Assembly (NCBI GenBank): GCA_000165425.1
Contig: CT868006.1
Coordinates: 186,001 to 250,000, forward strand
Length of the DNA: 64,000 bases
Reading direction: 5' to 3'
Origin: Paramecium tetraurelia
Lineage: Eukaryota
Of this stretch, positions 14,311 through 28,256 are shown piece by piece. Each line of letters opens with the position of its first letter. The first letter of the stretch is position 1. A program made the position numbers and the translations under genes. The notes under the pieces are model-generated. The model saw only the letters and a program-made list of their open reading frames with translations, did no database searches and was not told the DNA's origin.

Positions 14311-15442
14311 TCACCACTCAAGGAAAGGATCATCAGCTGGCTTAAGAGCAGGACTCTAGGTATCAGATTCTGGATAGGATGAGAAATTTGACGTATCATT
14401 TGCAGCTCTAATTTTGAATTATAGAATAATTACTTAACAACAGGTTTATAGGGAACTGGTAATTTCTTTTGGGTAAGCAAATTCCAATCTAGATTTCCAA
14501 ACCATCTATGATTCTTAATATCAGCAGCTCCTATGAAATATTTAAGGCTATTGAGATACCATTTTTTAAGTTTCCATATCTTTTCGATAAATCTGCAACT
14601 AATAAATGTTTGACCAAGGATTTAGCATTTCTACAATAAGAAAAAAGAAGTGTACTTGTCAAATGTTTTTGGAAATTTAACCTTGCCCTTAAGAATTTTT
14701 TAATAAATAGCCATAGGATCCTCATCAGAGAAAGGATCGATTCCTGCATTCATTTCATAGATTAAAATTCCCAAAGTCCACCAATCAACAGCTTTACCAT
14801 GTCCCTTATTTAATAAGATTTCTGGAGCCAAATATTCTGGAGTTCCGCATAATGTATAAGTTCTTCCTTCAACTACTTTAGCAAATCCGAAATCTGTTAA
14901 TTTTAAATATCCATCATCAGCAATCAATAAATTTTCTGGTTTCAAATCTCTATAGATAATATTTTTGGAATGAAGGTATTCAAAAATTGAGGCAACTTAT
15001 GAAGCATAAAAACTATAAAATTTAATATAATATTTTACGCAGCATGTGAAGTATCAAGTCTTCCAATACTTCTCAAATATGTAAATAACTCGCCACCTGA
15101 CACAAATTCTAAGACTAAATATAAATATCTTGGATCTTGACAAAATCCTTCAAAATTGACCTATTAAAGATTAATCTATCAATTTACGACGAAAGGATGA
15201 GATAAGTTGCCCAATATAGTATTCTCGTTAATAACATGATCAACTTATTTTAATCTAATAATTTCAGCTTTCTTTAAACTTTTCAAAGCAACATATTTAT
15301 TTGTTTATTTGTTTCTAGCCAATTTAACTCTTCCGAATGATCCTAAAGATAAGAATTGCAACTCAATACCTGTTCCAAGTGTTTGAAACACTTCATAATC
15401 TGTCAATTTCAGCTTCTTTGGTTTTGCCAACCCTGTACTCAT
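14311..15442 (-). CDS. PKAC: cAMP-dependent protein kinase catalytic subunit
   Basis: [47 protein letters not shown]-terminal DPFLEW*; multiple tiny introns. Confidence 0.96.
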
Positions 15443-15725
15443 ATTCCTTAAGATTTATGAAATAAATAAAATATATAGATATAAATTAATAGCACACGCA
15501 TAAGAACTCTATACAAAAATGAATATTAGAAGTACTACTTGACTCTTGTAATCATTTTATCAGACTGTAAGAGGATCAAGACAATATAAAAAATATTCGA
15601 AATTACAGTTTTCTAAAACAGAATCAATAATTTTATTGTATTGGCTTCTTGAAGTAGTATAGAATATCTACTAAGATATTTTATGTAAATGTTAAATATT
15701 TATACATCCTTAAATTTAACAAATA

Positions 15726-17495
15726 TCAGCCATCTCTTTAATCTCCAAAGGTTTCTTGGGGCTCGTCTTCCCCTCCTTAACGTCCTGATTGTTATTACTT
15801 CTTTTTGATTCCCGAAACAACGTCATCTATTCTCAATAACATACAAGCTGATTCAATGGCAGTCTTAAAAACTTGCCTATATAAAATAGATCATTATAAC
15901 TGACTTTTTAACTGAAAGTGGTTCCCAAACATTAATTTCATTCATCTTGGCAATCTTTCCAGTATTCCCATCAACTCCAAAATAAAGACCTCCAGTTTCA
16001 CTGTGTTTTGCTCTCAATTCAGTTAATACTCGAACAGTATCAGCTCCACAATTGGCTGAGAGAGTTCTTGGAATGATTTCTAAGGCATAAGCAACTTTAT
16101 TATGATGAATTGATTAAATATACCTGCTTTGTATGGTAATTATCCTAATCCTTCAACCTTATTAGCTTTTTCCAACAATCTAGCACTAACCTCCATTTCA
16201 ACAGCTCCTCCTCCTGGTAATAGTTTTGGATCCTAATAAATGTTCTTAGCAACAGCCAAACAATCATGTAAATTTCTTTCCTATTTAATTAATTCATTTT
16301 ATAATACCATTTCATTGAGTACATCTTTTGAAGCTCCTCTCAAAATGATTGAACAAGCAGTAGGATTTTGGCAATCAACAAAGAATGCAAAATAGTCATC
16401 TCCTATCTTTTTGACTTCGAAAGTTCCACATAATGTACCAACATCAGTTTCTTACAATTCTTCTGGTCTATTGACAATCGTTGCCCCAGATACTCTTGCT
16501 ATTCTAGTATTGTCTGTTTTTCTAACTCTTCGAATGACAGAAACATTGCCTTTTAATAGGAAATGTTAAGCCAAATCAGAGACTCCCTTTTCTGTAATAA
16601 CAATATCAGGTTTATGTTTCAAAATATCATTACACATTAAAGCAACTTCATTAATTTCTTATTAAAGTGCATCAGTCATATCTGATTCTTTTGTCATCTC
16701 CATATTAGTCATAGACTCTCCCTTTTTGTATTCTAATGTACAATCCAATAAAATGATTCTTGGATTTTTGATTTCTCTTCTCATTCTTGGATGAGTGACA
16801 TCTTTATTAATCATGACTCCTTCAAGTACACAACTTTCTTCAAGAGTGCCACCAGGAATCTTCTCTACTTTTGCATACCTCTTGATTTCCAAATTCAATT
16901 TATTAATATTTCCACCTTCTTAAAACTATCCTTGTTGCTTGTAAGGAGAGATCACTGATTAATGTTCCCCATCTGAATGCAAATTTAGTACCAATACAAG
17001 ATTGTAAGGCTTTCATAACTTCTTCCTTTTTGTCAGTGTCAATCTATTATGCAATTTCATCTAAAATTGAAACTGAATCTTCCAGAGCTTTAAAATAACC
17101 ATTAACAATTTCAGTTGGATGGATATTCTTTTCTATGAATGGTCTTGCTGCAACCATCATTTCACCTGCCAGAATAATAACTGATGTTGTGCCATCTCCA
17201 ACCTCTTCATCTTGAGCCTATAAATTATTATCATTAGCCATACTCTTGCTAATTCGATCATGCTCTTGGCTGCTGGATGTTGAACATCTATCTCCCTTAG
17301 GATAGCATTTCCATCATTTGTCATTACTATTCCTCCCATTGGATCTAGTAACATTTTTAACATCGAACGAGGACCAAGAGTCGTAAGGACTATATCTGAC
17401 ACAGCCTTAGCAGCTTATATATTTCCCAATTAAGCTTTTCTTCCTTATTCTCTTTTTGTATTAGCATTCACAACAATCACTGGAGCTCCTTACAT
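15726..17495 (-). CDS. CCT3: T-complex protein 1 subunit gamma (CCT chaperonin); apparent one-base frame break near 16917-16920
   Basis: TTLGPRSMLKMLLDPMGGIVMTNDGNAIL, GDGTTSV, EIKRYAKVEKIPGG, C-terminal ETFGDQRDG*. Confidence 0.93.
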
Positions 17496-17955
17496 ATATT
17501 TTTTAAATAAAAAAACTTTTAATTGATTTTATTATTTTCTTTTATATTTATTAATATATATAATCATTTGTATATACAAAATTATTCTTATCAATTTTAT
17601 CACATCTTCTAGACTAGATCTAAGAACTATTCAAAATATTGATAATAATTTGGAAAATCCTCCAAATTGAGTTTTTAAGTATTGATGATATTGAATTAAT
17701 ATCCGATCCAGATGGTTTTCAATATTTAACTTGCTCAAATTGCTTTTTATTGTAATTGAAATAATCCATTTATTGATTGATAATGAACTTTAGGCTTTCT
17801 AGTTACCATCCTAATTTATTATTATTAAATAAAAACAAATTTGTATTGAATTTATAACTATTTTTACTTACATAAATTAAGGATATATTATATTAAATTT
17901 ATTATATTATAAAGGACTTATTCTATTTTAAACTCTATAAATATTGATAAAAATT

Positions 17956-19458
17956 ATGCTTCAAATCATTAAATGCCTCCTAATAGCTTAAACAATGTAC
18001 CTCACATATGCAGATATTGGATATAAAATATAATGGGAAGACAACAATTGGATGAATTGTGAAACCAAAACCTAAATTTAACCTACAAAGTGTTCTGAAG
18101 ATGAATTGCATTGGGAAGAATGCTATAAAGTTCCAAATGAAGGTCTTTGTACAATTAATGATATTAAAACAACATTTTAAGGAGAATTATACTTTTACAT
18201 TGCTTTCGAACTTGGATCGAGAGATGATATAATACATTAATATGATATTGAAATAAATAGGAATAGATATTAATGGTTATAATAAGCAATTTAAAGTTTA
18301 AAGTTGGACTCAAACTCGATTAGCATTAAGATAATAACTCCAGGTTTAGTGATATCTGGTTTAACAATAAGGAATACACCATTTTCTAATAATTCTACTT
18401 GTGACGACACTTCTTTTTATTTCAATTACCAATGCTTACCTGAGTATTGCTTAGACTAAATCTCTTCAATCAATTCTAGCACTCACACTGGTTCAACTAG
18501 TTAAATTGATCAAATTACTAATAATTTATAAATAATATCCACCTTTAGCATACCTTTAATCTACTGTTTGGTTCCTAAGGTTTATTTAACTAAATCTATT
18601 GAAGATAACACAATAACAACTATATTACCAGATGAATAAGTTAATTTAGATGATAATGATAACAGAGTCTTATATTATTATTTGACTCCAAGCCAATATT
18701 AGAACTGCGAAAACTTTTAAACCTAAGAAGCGATTGTTTATTAATGTTATATAGGAATAGCCCTTGCAGTCAATAAAGTAACTTAATACTTACTGATGTT
18801 GATTTCCCAGATAATAGTTTAAAAGTCTACAAATGCATACACAAATTCTATTTAGACTTTCGAGATACCAACTTCAAATTCTGAATCTTTTACAATTGGA
18901 CCCATTATTATTTTCAGTGATGCTTCAAACTCCATCGTTGATACAAACAGTATGCTCATCTAAACTACTTAGACTATTATAGATCCAAATTATCAAGATT
19001 ATTAAATACATTTCTTAAATGCAAAGATGACTCAAAATTCAAATACTATTGATTTGAAATTAGAAGAGGAGCAATAAACAGGATCAATAAAAGTGATTAC
19101 TCTATCCTATGATAGCAACAATTTTGATCAATAATAAAATTATTCCATCTCTATAAGATCCTCTTTGACAATGAATTCTACGAGAAGATTGTTAGGACAG
19201 AGAAATATTATTCCACAACTATAAATACGCAGTAGTGTTGATGGAAATAAAGTAGAATATTAAAAGATTAAAATTTATTCAAACCAGGAGTCTACTCTTT
19301 AGGGAGGATATCTGGCTTTGATTTTTATTGCTGTTCTACTATTTTCATTGCTTTTCATAATAGTCACAATCTTACTATTACAAAAAGTAGATGATAAATA
19401 CTTCAAAATAAAGTAAAATGAAGATAAGAAAACTCCAACAGATATATAATCCAATTGA
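17956..19458 (+). CDS. Type I single-pass membrane protein, Cys-containing ectodomain
   Basis: 1503-nt code-6 ORF with a signal-peptide-like start (MLQIIKCLLIAQTMYLTYA) and a C-terminal TM segment (GYLALIFIAVLLFSLLFIIVTILLL) followed by a short tail. Confidence 0.75.
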
Positions 19459-20164
19459 TTTTATACAAAATTAAAATAAATATTTATCTCTAATATAATT
19501 CTTAATTTTACACTTATAATAACTCTAAAAGGAAGCTCTACCTATTAACCGATATAAATTATTACTTTTTATTAAGAAGTAACAACATCTTTGATATTTA
19601 ACAACTACTTAATAAGCCAAATGGATATAAATTCTATCCATTCTCATATTATCACAAAAATATATTTTATATAAAATTATTAGATTATGAGTAATTTTGA
19701 ATAAAAAAAATAGTAAATTATGAATAATTGATTATTTTCTTTTTGCAATAATTTGACATAACAAATCCTTTGAATTTATTAATAGACTATATATTTATAA
19801 TATGTTAATGTGATGAGCCTACTATTGGCTTATTAGTAATGTAGCAATATTTAAGGAGGATATATTATTTTTGGCTATAAAACATATTATAGATATAATA
19901 ATTATTTATTAAGGATGATAATTAATTTGAGTGAAAAAAAAATAAATAGAGATTTGAATTGAGATTCTTTTGGCTTTTGAAAAAATGATATTTAACTTTG
20001 AATTTGGATGTTTATTGACTATTTGATATAGAACAAGTGAACCATGGATTAACAAATGAGATCATTGTGAGAGGAAATTAAATTTAAAATATGCATTAAG
20101 AATTTATTAAAGAGAAGTGATAATAAACTTATAAATAGTTCTAATATATTTTTAATTTATTTCA

Positions 20165-22106
20165 ATGTTTTTGGCTATAAATGGTTCTGCTTTTCCAATA
20201 AGGAATGAATTCAGATTACCAAAACTACGAGGTTAAAAAGGTAGATATCGAATTGTTATATAAAATATAGGTCTTCGATAATCGAAGTCTCGGTTGCAAG
20301 AGTAACCAGAATCTCCAGATAAATCAAGTAAATGTTTGACCAAGCCCTGTAGTCTACTAAAATATCAAGTTCCTGGTTCTATGATTTTGATTGCCAGATC
20401 TATGAAGTTTTCAAAAGACTAATTCACTCACAGGCAACGTGAAAAGCAGGAGGTTATTCCTGAGATTTTAGATGGATACAAATATTCATTAGGGTAAGGA
20501 AATAATCATGAGTTGGTACAGAGAATCATGGATGCAAGAACTGAATGGCATCTATGTAAAGAAAGTAATTCAATGAGTATAAATTTCAGATGGCAACAAA
20601 CTAATAGAGGATATAAATATGATAGACTGATAGCAAATAGTTAATACAAACAATGTGTAAATCACTTTGAGTAACATTTTGAAATTTCTAATAAATAATA
20701 TCTATTTAGAAACCTATGCCAACTATGTGAAGTAATATCTATATAGTTAATGTGTAGAATAATAAATAAAATGTGTTTGATTTTGTTCCTGTTACTTTTG
20801 TCCTAGATTTCAATGATGAATCTATAGATTCACAATTTACTTAATTTATAAAATTTTTTGATAAATTTGCTCCCAAAGATAAAAAAATAGAGCAGTTGCC
20901 AAAAAAGTTATAAGAGTACAAAAAAAAGTTGAAAGTACTTTCAATCAACTATTATATTTTAGATTCAAAGCACTCCCCTATTGGATAAAAAATTGCATTC
21001 CATTCCTCAAAAAATACCCAAGTGTTAAGAAGGAGATCAATATCTTTGGCTCCTTAAACCTACTTTCTTAAATAGAGGAAGAGGAATTCATGTAGTGAAT
21101 GATATCGAAGCGATAATCTAATTAATAAGTGAGTTGTAATTGGGATCTGCAGAAGATTTGGAAGAACAAAAGAAAAAAAATGCCATCAAGGCCAACTCAT
21201 TTGTAATTTAGAAATATATCGAACACCCATTCCTTATAAACAGTAGAAAATTTGACATCAGAGTTTGGGTCTTAGTCACTATGGATTTGAATTGCTACTT
21301 CTTTAAGGAAGGCTATATCAGGACTTCATGCGAAAACTTTACTACTGATAATGTTGATAATTAGTTCATTCATCTAACAAATAATGCTATTCAGAAGTAC
21401 AGTGAAAAATACGGAGAGTTTGAAGATGGCAATCAATTGTCATTTGATGATTTTCAAAATTATTTAAATGATTAAGGATTCAAGGTTGACTTTTATGGAA
21501 CCCATGTTCCCAAAATGAAATAACTTGTATGGACGTCATTGTAATCGGTCAAACGAAAATTGAATCTGTCCTAAAGAAGATATTGTATGGAAATATTTGG
21601 ATATGATTTTATCATAGACAGTGATTTCAAAACTTGGTTAATAGAAGTCAATACTAATCCGTGCATTGAGGAATCCAGCAGTATTTTATAGATGCTCCTT
21701 CCAAGAATGCTAGGTAAATTCATTAATATCTACTTTATTATTAGATGATGCCTTTAAATTGACTATAGATACCATCTTCCCACCGAAATATTAAGATGAT
21801 GAACCCACTGATTCCAAATATCCTGTTAAGAAATATCCCAACAATGAGAATCTATGGTATTATATACTTGATATTTTTAGGGAGCCTCTTGGCTGCTTAG
21901 ACTCTCCAAAACAGTAATCTAAAGCTAATGTAATGCAACAATAACAATTATTATATTAATAGATGTATTACTAAAATTAATAGTAATAATTTTAACAGCA
22001 GATGCAACAGTAATATCAGTAATCTAGCAGTTAACATCATAATTAATTACCATATTATCTACAACCTCTTACGCCTTAATCATCATCCTAATTTTAATCA
22101 ATTTGA
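20165..22106 (+). CDS. Tubulin-tyrosine ligase-like (TTLL) tubulin glycylase/glutamylase family protein
   Basis: WLLKPTFLNRGRGI, QKYIEHP, RKFDIRVWVLV, HLTNNAIQK, EIFGYDFIID, WLIEVNTNP; Gln-rich C-terminal tail. Confidence 0.92.
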
Positions 22107-22544
22107 ATATATATTAATAATATGTTATATAATGTTATAAAGATACTAATCATTCTCCTTTTGAATCAAGATTTAGTTTCGCTTTTAAATTTCATTATTA
22201 AATATAATAATTGATTTATCAAAAGTTAAATATCAATATCCCTTTCAAAATGATTTCTTTAGATGTATTTTACTTTAAATTCAATTGAAATTAAACGCTT
22301 GATTTAATCGATAGGCAATATATTTAAAATCTCTTAATTGTATTTAATTTTAATGTTGAATGATCTTATTAATTTGAAAAACGAAATTGTTTAACTCTCA
22401 TCATTATTATATCTTAATATAATTAGAATAATCTTTTAAATTCTAAGATCTTGGGATGAAAATAAAAATTAGAATGAAATGGCAAAATGCAATAAATAAT
22501 AATTATGCTCTGTACATTAAAATTTTATCATCTGATTATAATAA

Positions 22545-23053
22545 TCAATCATCACCTGTGTTTTTGAAAGTAATAAAGTTTATTACATTGTCTTTGATAG
22601 CACCTGGATGCAAGTTACGTTTGACTTCATTGTTATTACCAGCTGAAAGAAGGATTACTACTATCTATTAATTCTTGAATATTATTGATGTACTTTGACT
22701 ATCATATTAATCAGGGCTGTTATCATGATGGTGGAATGCAAAAGGGAATCTACCTTCGTGTCTAAAATTTTGAATCTACTCCATAAATTGTGCCAGTACA
22801 CAGCATAGACAAAATCAATTATGAATGAGAATAACAATAGATAAATTATCCGAGTATGGAACTATATTAAATTGGAATAATTTGCACTTTCTAAAACTCC
22901 CACAAAAATGCAGCAAAAATAAATAGAGGTAGATTGTAATCAGCTCTTCCAAATGAGCTAATGAGCGACGTCAGAGTTCCAAATATGAGCACCTTCTATA
23001 CTAATTGCCACCTAAATGTCTCATTAAATAATCTACTAGGTTGGTTCAGACAT
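22545..23053 (-). CDS. Small multi-pass membrane protein (weak AGTRAP-like resemblance)
   Basis: Three-intron model MSEPTQWQLVQKVLIFGTLTSLISSFGRADYNLPLFIFAAFLW...SFIIDFVYAVYW...ALINMIVKIVVILL...GDD*; about four hydrophobic helices. Confidence 0.7.
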
Positions 23054-23405
23054 CTACGATAATTGAATTTATATTAATATATAATTAACTATGAAACTTT
23101 ATTATTACATTTCCAGAAAAATAAGTAACTAAACTTCATGAGAGTGGCAAATTACATAATTTGACCACAGTAGAGAATAAGAAGGATTAATAAGTTCATA
23201 TTTAAATATTTTTTCAATTTTAGAGATTCTAAATAATATATTATTAAATTTAATGATTGTGAAGTAAAAAAGAGAAATCTTTCATGTTCAATTAAGAAGA
23301 AATTAGAGAGAATAGATATTTTCAAAAAAAAGAATATTAGACTTGCCACAATAGTAATAATAATAGGGGACTTCAGAATAGGCCATTATACTTTTAAAAG
23401 GAGGA

Positions 23406-24713
23406 ATGTCTAATCAAATGAGTTTGTCAGAGATGTTTTAAGAATTACATTAATTGCTACCTAAATATGGTGATCTTCATTTGAAGACCTTGCCGTATAT
23501 AATATAAGGGGTTAAGAAATATCTGTAGGATGCAGATTCATCTCTACTTTACATGAATGACGAAGATCGTGAAATGTCAGAATATACGGTACTTGAAATA
23601 CTTTAGTATTTGGGATCATTAACTTATCACATTAAGGTGGAATTTGATTTAGAAAATTTGATTGATATGTTAGTGGCAATACTCAACTCAACAGATGAGT
23701 TCAAATTGATTGAAAGAGTATGCTAAGTTTTTTAAAATCTTCTTTTTGACTTCGAAGATGCTTCACCTTATTTACTTAAGTGTGAGATTGTAACTAAGTT
23801 AGCAAATAAGTTTCTAGACTGCAATGTAAGTTATGACTTGAACAACCTTGCTCCTATGTTTAGAGTGTTATAATAATTGGATGGAGTTAACTATTACGAT
23901 TTCAATTAAATACATCCGTTGCTGCATAGATTGTAGAATGACTCAAAGGTTGATACTTAAATGTATTGTGAAATAATTGAAGGATTCTTTGCTTTTTTAA
24001 TAAAATGCACAAATTAATTGAGTGTTCAGGATGATTCACAGAAACTGTTACAATTTTAACTATTTAATAAGTTATTTGAATTTTAATATGTCAATTGGTC
24101 TGTGAGTTTAGTGTTTAAGTACAAAAATCAAAAAAAATTAGTATCAGTAATATACTCATTTCTTCAGAATTTGAGTTAAGGAGATTGTGGAAAGAAATTA
24201 ATTTCTTAAGGTGTTTTAACAGCAATAAATGAGCATTTGGCTGATAAGAGTGTCTCTTAAAATCAACTCTATTCAATATTAACTAATCTTATAGTTGATG
24301 ATTTTGACAGTGTTATGAAAAATGGCATTTTAAAAAAAGTGCATTCTCAATTTGAACAAGGATTTTATTCTGCTGATTACATAAATGAATTAATGTATTG
24401 CATCTCAACTGCTTTTTACACAGCAAGTGAGAGTTAAATCCTAGAGTTAATCAAGCTTAGATTGGCAGACTGTTTAGTTTTATATATCAGTTAGTAGCCA
24501 ATGGAGCTTTTAGACTTAGAATTGTGTAGTGCGATCTTTTCAGCAATACATTCAGTTTTTGTGAAGTAACCCTAGAAGTCGGTGTACAGTTTAAAGAAGA
24601 AATTACGAAATGATTCTATATTTCTTGCAAGGAGTAGTTAAATATACGACATAAGTTAGAAGGATGAAAATGAATATGAAGAAATGGTAAAATATTTGAA
24701 CAAAAATGATTGA
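23406..24713 (+). CDS. Hypothetical alpha-helical (ARM-like) protein
   Basis: Long code-6 frame with one early intron; Leu-rich helical repeats (e.g. YSILTNLIVD, ELMYCISTAF). Confidence 0.65.
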
Positions 24714-24831
24714 TGTTTTATTTATATTGGATTACTTTTAGATGTTATATATTTTAAATAGAATTTTATATAATTTATAGAAGTGGTCTAATCATAGATA
24801 ATTGAAAATAAAAACAATTTGAAGATTTAAA

Positions 24832-25818
24832 TCAAAGTTTTATTAGTTTTCTTCAACCTTTTTTAGTTTTCTTTTTAGCCACAATTACCTCTGTTGATTG
24901 CTTAGAGAAAAAATGTTATTATGAATTGGCTTGTCCTTTATCTACTTAACTACCTGATTTAGTAGATTTTCTTTTGACTTAATCAGTTCTAGGAGTATTA
25001 ATATTTTATGCATTTGTTCTACTAGATTTGTTATTGTTATTGATATTATTATTCGTATTAGTCAAGTTAGCATTTGAACTATTTGGAATACTAACTTAAA
25101 TATTCGATTAATTATTTGACGGTATTTCTTTTGACTAATTTCCGCCAGTATTGTAGAATAATTTACTCTTCATACCATCATGTACTTATTTCATGTCTTC
25201 TCCCAAAGCATCAGCTAATTATTTAGATAATTCACTTATGTTTGCTTACTTGTCCTAAACAGGTTTTTGCTCTTATTATTATTTAGGGATGGTTTTTTTC
25301 ATCTCCAAATTTTCTATTTTCTCTTTGCTTTATTCTTTACCATTTTAATCCAATTTTTCACTAAGATCATCTAAGATTGGATCCTAAAAATGTTTCAGAG
25401 TAATTTCATTATCATTATTTTCCATCATTTCCAACCATTTATTTTCTGATGATGCATCATCTGTCTATTTGCAAGTCTGCTTTTTCTCATTTGGTTGTTT
25501 TTAATTGCATTGTTCTGAACCCAATAATTAAATTCTGATTTTTTTTATATCGGTGTCTATTTATTCAAACCTTTTGTCCAAATCAGTCTTAAAAACAAAT
25601 AAATCGTCTATCTGTGTTCAATTTAATCATTACTTCTTAATCAGCAACTACATAAACAGGTTTCCTTTTGTTCTTATTTTCCTTTAACTCATTAATTTAT
25701 TGTATTAGTATAGCATTTATATCTTGGATTTCATCTATTTTCACTTACTGCGATATATACTATTTCTTACATATTCTTCTATTTATTTCTCTATCTCTTT
25801 GGAAGCACCACATCCCAT
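24832..25818 (-). CDS. Hypothetical protein with N-terminal MGCGASK acylation motif
   Basis: ATG GGA TGT GGT GCT TCC AAA start, two tiny introns, low-complexity Q/N/K-rich body, TGA at 24832-24834. Confidence 0.75.
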
Positions 25819-26358
25819 TTTACTTTATAAAAATAAATTCAATTGAAATTAATAAATCAATTGCAAATATAGTATCAATTAAGACAACAAACCCTTTTAT
25901 ATTAAGAGGCAGTTTTTTGTAATTAAAATATTTTAAAATTGTAATTTAACCCAAAAGTTTAAACAATTATATTTGAATTATTCTTTCTATTGATCAATCT
26001 CTTATATAAATTTATTTATATTAGATTACCTATCTACAATACTTAACCTATAGTGAACCTGATTTTTATATAAACTTCTCAAATGAACTTGCATACAATA
26101 TTTAAAAGAAAAATCTTACAAGAATGAATTTGAGATATATATCGATAATAGACAAAATTATGGAAGGGGCTTTTTAAGATAAAACTGCAGGTCTGTAATT
26201 AGATATGAACTTCATTGGTTCTATGTAACATTAATATTAAATTAAGAACCAAAAATTGAATTTTCGACATTATACAAATGGTATAGTTAAAATGTTATTT
26301 TACTATCTTTTGCATTAGATAATATTTATAATTTTGACAAATTAAATAAATTTATATA

Positions 26359-27255
26359 ATGAAAACAGTTCAAAATCCAACTCAATATTTCTTTGAGTAG
26401 TCAAATAATCCTTCAAGTGAATATTTACCAAAGATAAATGAGTTTCTTAGTAAGTTGTTAAATCAAAAGCAATGTGTTTTATGCAAGAATGATTATAATA
26501 TGAAGGATAGATTGCCACGAATATTGATTCATTGTGGTCACACAATTTGCACTGCTTGTCTCTCAAATTTCTACAGGTAGTGATTGTTAATATGGTAAAT
26601 GATAGAAATAGAAGAGTTAGATGTCCACTCTGTTTAAAGTTAATAAAGCATCTCGATTCTATTGATAGATTACCTGTATCACATTATATCTGATATATGT
26701 AGATCAATCATTCGATATTCACAAGAATTTCTGATGATATTAACAAAAAGAGTAAATTGCACGGTGGTACAGAAGTGATAGATCCGCAACAATACTTATT
26801 CAATTAATTCTAATAATCGGCGTTATAATCATAAAAAGCAAGATAACAAGAGTAAAACACTCATCCTTAAGTTGATCCTGACTCAGGATTAGAGTTTTGT
26901 GAGTTCCACACTGACAGAGTGAAACACTTTTTTTGTATGAAACACAAGGTTACGTGTTGCAGAATTTGTTCTGAGATGATTCATCAAAAGAAAGTAATTG
27001 AGTAATTTAAGTAGGATTGCATAGTGGTGGATTTGTATGAGATCGAGGACGTACCTTAGTTTTTGAAGGAGGCGTATCAACTCAATGAAGAAAATAATAA
27101 TAATCAGTAAGTGAATTAGGGGAGAGAAGACATGGGTTTTATTGAGGATTGTGAATAAAGTAAGTGTTTTGAATACAGTAGATGATGGGGAGAATCAATT
27201 TAATGATGATGATTTGGAAGGGGAATTTGAGGAGAATAGCGTTTAAAGCATCTGA
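26359..27255 (+). CDS. RING finger plus B-box zinc-finger protein (putative E3 ligase)
   Basis: CVLC..PRILIHCGHTICTAC..RCPLC RING; FCEFH..HFFCMKHKVTCCRIC..H B-box; acidic tail. Confidence 0.88.
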
Positions 27256-27384
27256 GAGATTCATTTACAAGATATACATATATATAAAATAATCGGTCTT
27301 AAATCTTTGGTTGTTGCAAGGTGATTATTCTTAATTTTACTAATTCAAGTTATTGTTGGATTTTATATAATTTAATAATATTGA

Positions 27385-28087
27385 ATGGCTCACAAGTTAT
27401 CTTAGAATTGGGTCTTCTGGTATGCTCCAAGAGGCAGGAAGGCTATAGCAGGATCAGATCATTACGATGTGAACCTAAAAGAGATTGGGGAATTTAATAC
27501 AGTGGAGGAATTCTACAGTTATTATTGTTATTTACAGAGACCAAGTGAGGTAAGTATAAGTTGAGATGTGATAGGTGGACATCGATAATAAAATCATGAT
27601 GTTCAGAAAGGAACATAAGCCAATGTGGGAGGAGTGTTTGGACGGCGGAACTTGGATTATCCACTTTAAGAAGAGGGAAAGCGAATTGCTGAATAAGAAA
27701 TGGGAGGCTCTTCTTTTAGGTTGTTGGATTTGGGTTATGAGTAGCATGTATAGGAGAAGAGTTCGATGATGACAATGTCATTGGAGTGGTGCTTTCGATT
27801 AGGGAGAGAAGGAATTTGCTGGAGATTTGGTTGAAGGACAGGAAGGAGAGTGAGAAGATCAGAATAGGCGAGAAGTTGAGAGTGGCACTCGAGATGGATC
27901 CCAACAATCTCACCTTCTTTTTCAAGGAACACAGTAAGAGTTTAAATGTATCCCATCACATCTATGAGTCTAGGATAAATCGACCATGAAGGGAGCTGAA
28001 TCCTACACCTTTGTCAAAACTCCCCTTGAAACTCCGTAGACAGAACCCAAAGGGCAACATCCAGATCTAGATTAATTCAAGCTTTGA
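27385..28087 (+). CDS. eIF4E-family cap-binding protein (4EHP/nCBP-like)
   Basis: HKLSQNWVFWY, FNTVEEF, MFRKEHKPMWEE, GGTW, WEALLLACIGEEF, LEIWLKD; three introns. Confidence 0.9.
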
Positions 28088-28256
28088 TTAATTATATACA
28101 AAATAAATGGACTTACATATTTTAATGATAAATCAATTTGATAATCCGTTGGAACGAGTATTCAAGGGTGCAAATTGTACGGAATATTAAATATGATATA
28201 AATGCACCTATTGTATTAAGAATAAAATCAAAATTTAGAATATCTAATTGTATATC

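Noticed and set aside
21930..22106. taa/tag/caa-rich repeat-like tract
   Set aside because: It is the poly-Gln coding tail of the TTLL gene under code 6, not a DNA repeat or array.
27720..27745. tttgggtt telomere-like word
   Set aside because: Single copy inside an intron; there is no tandem telomeric tract.
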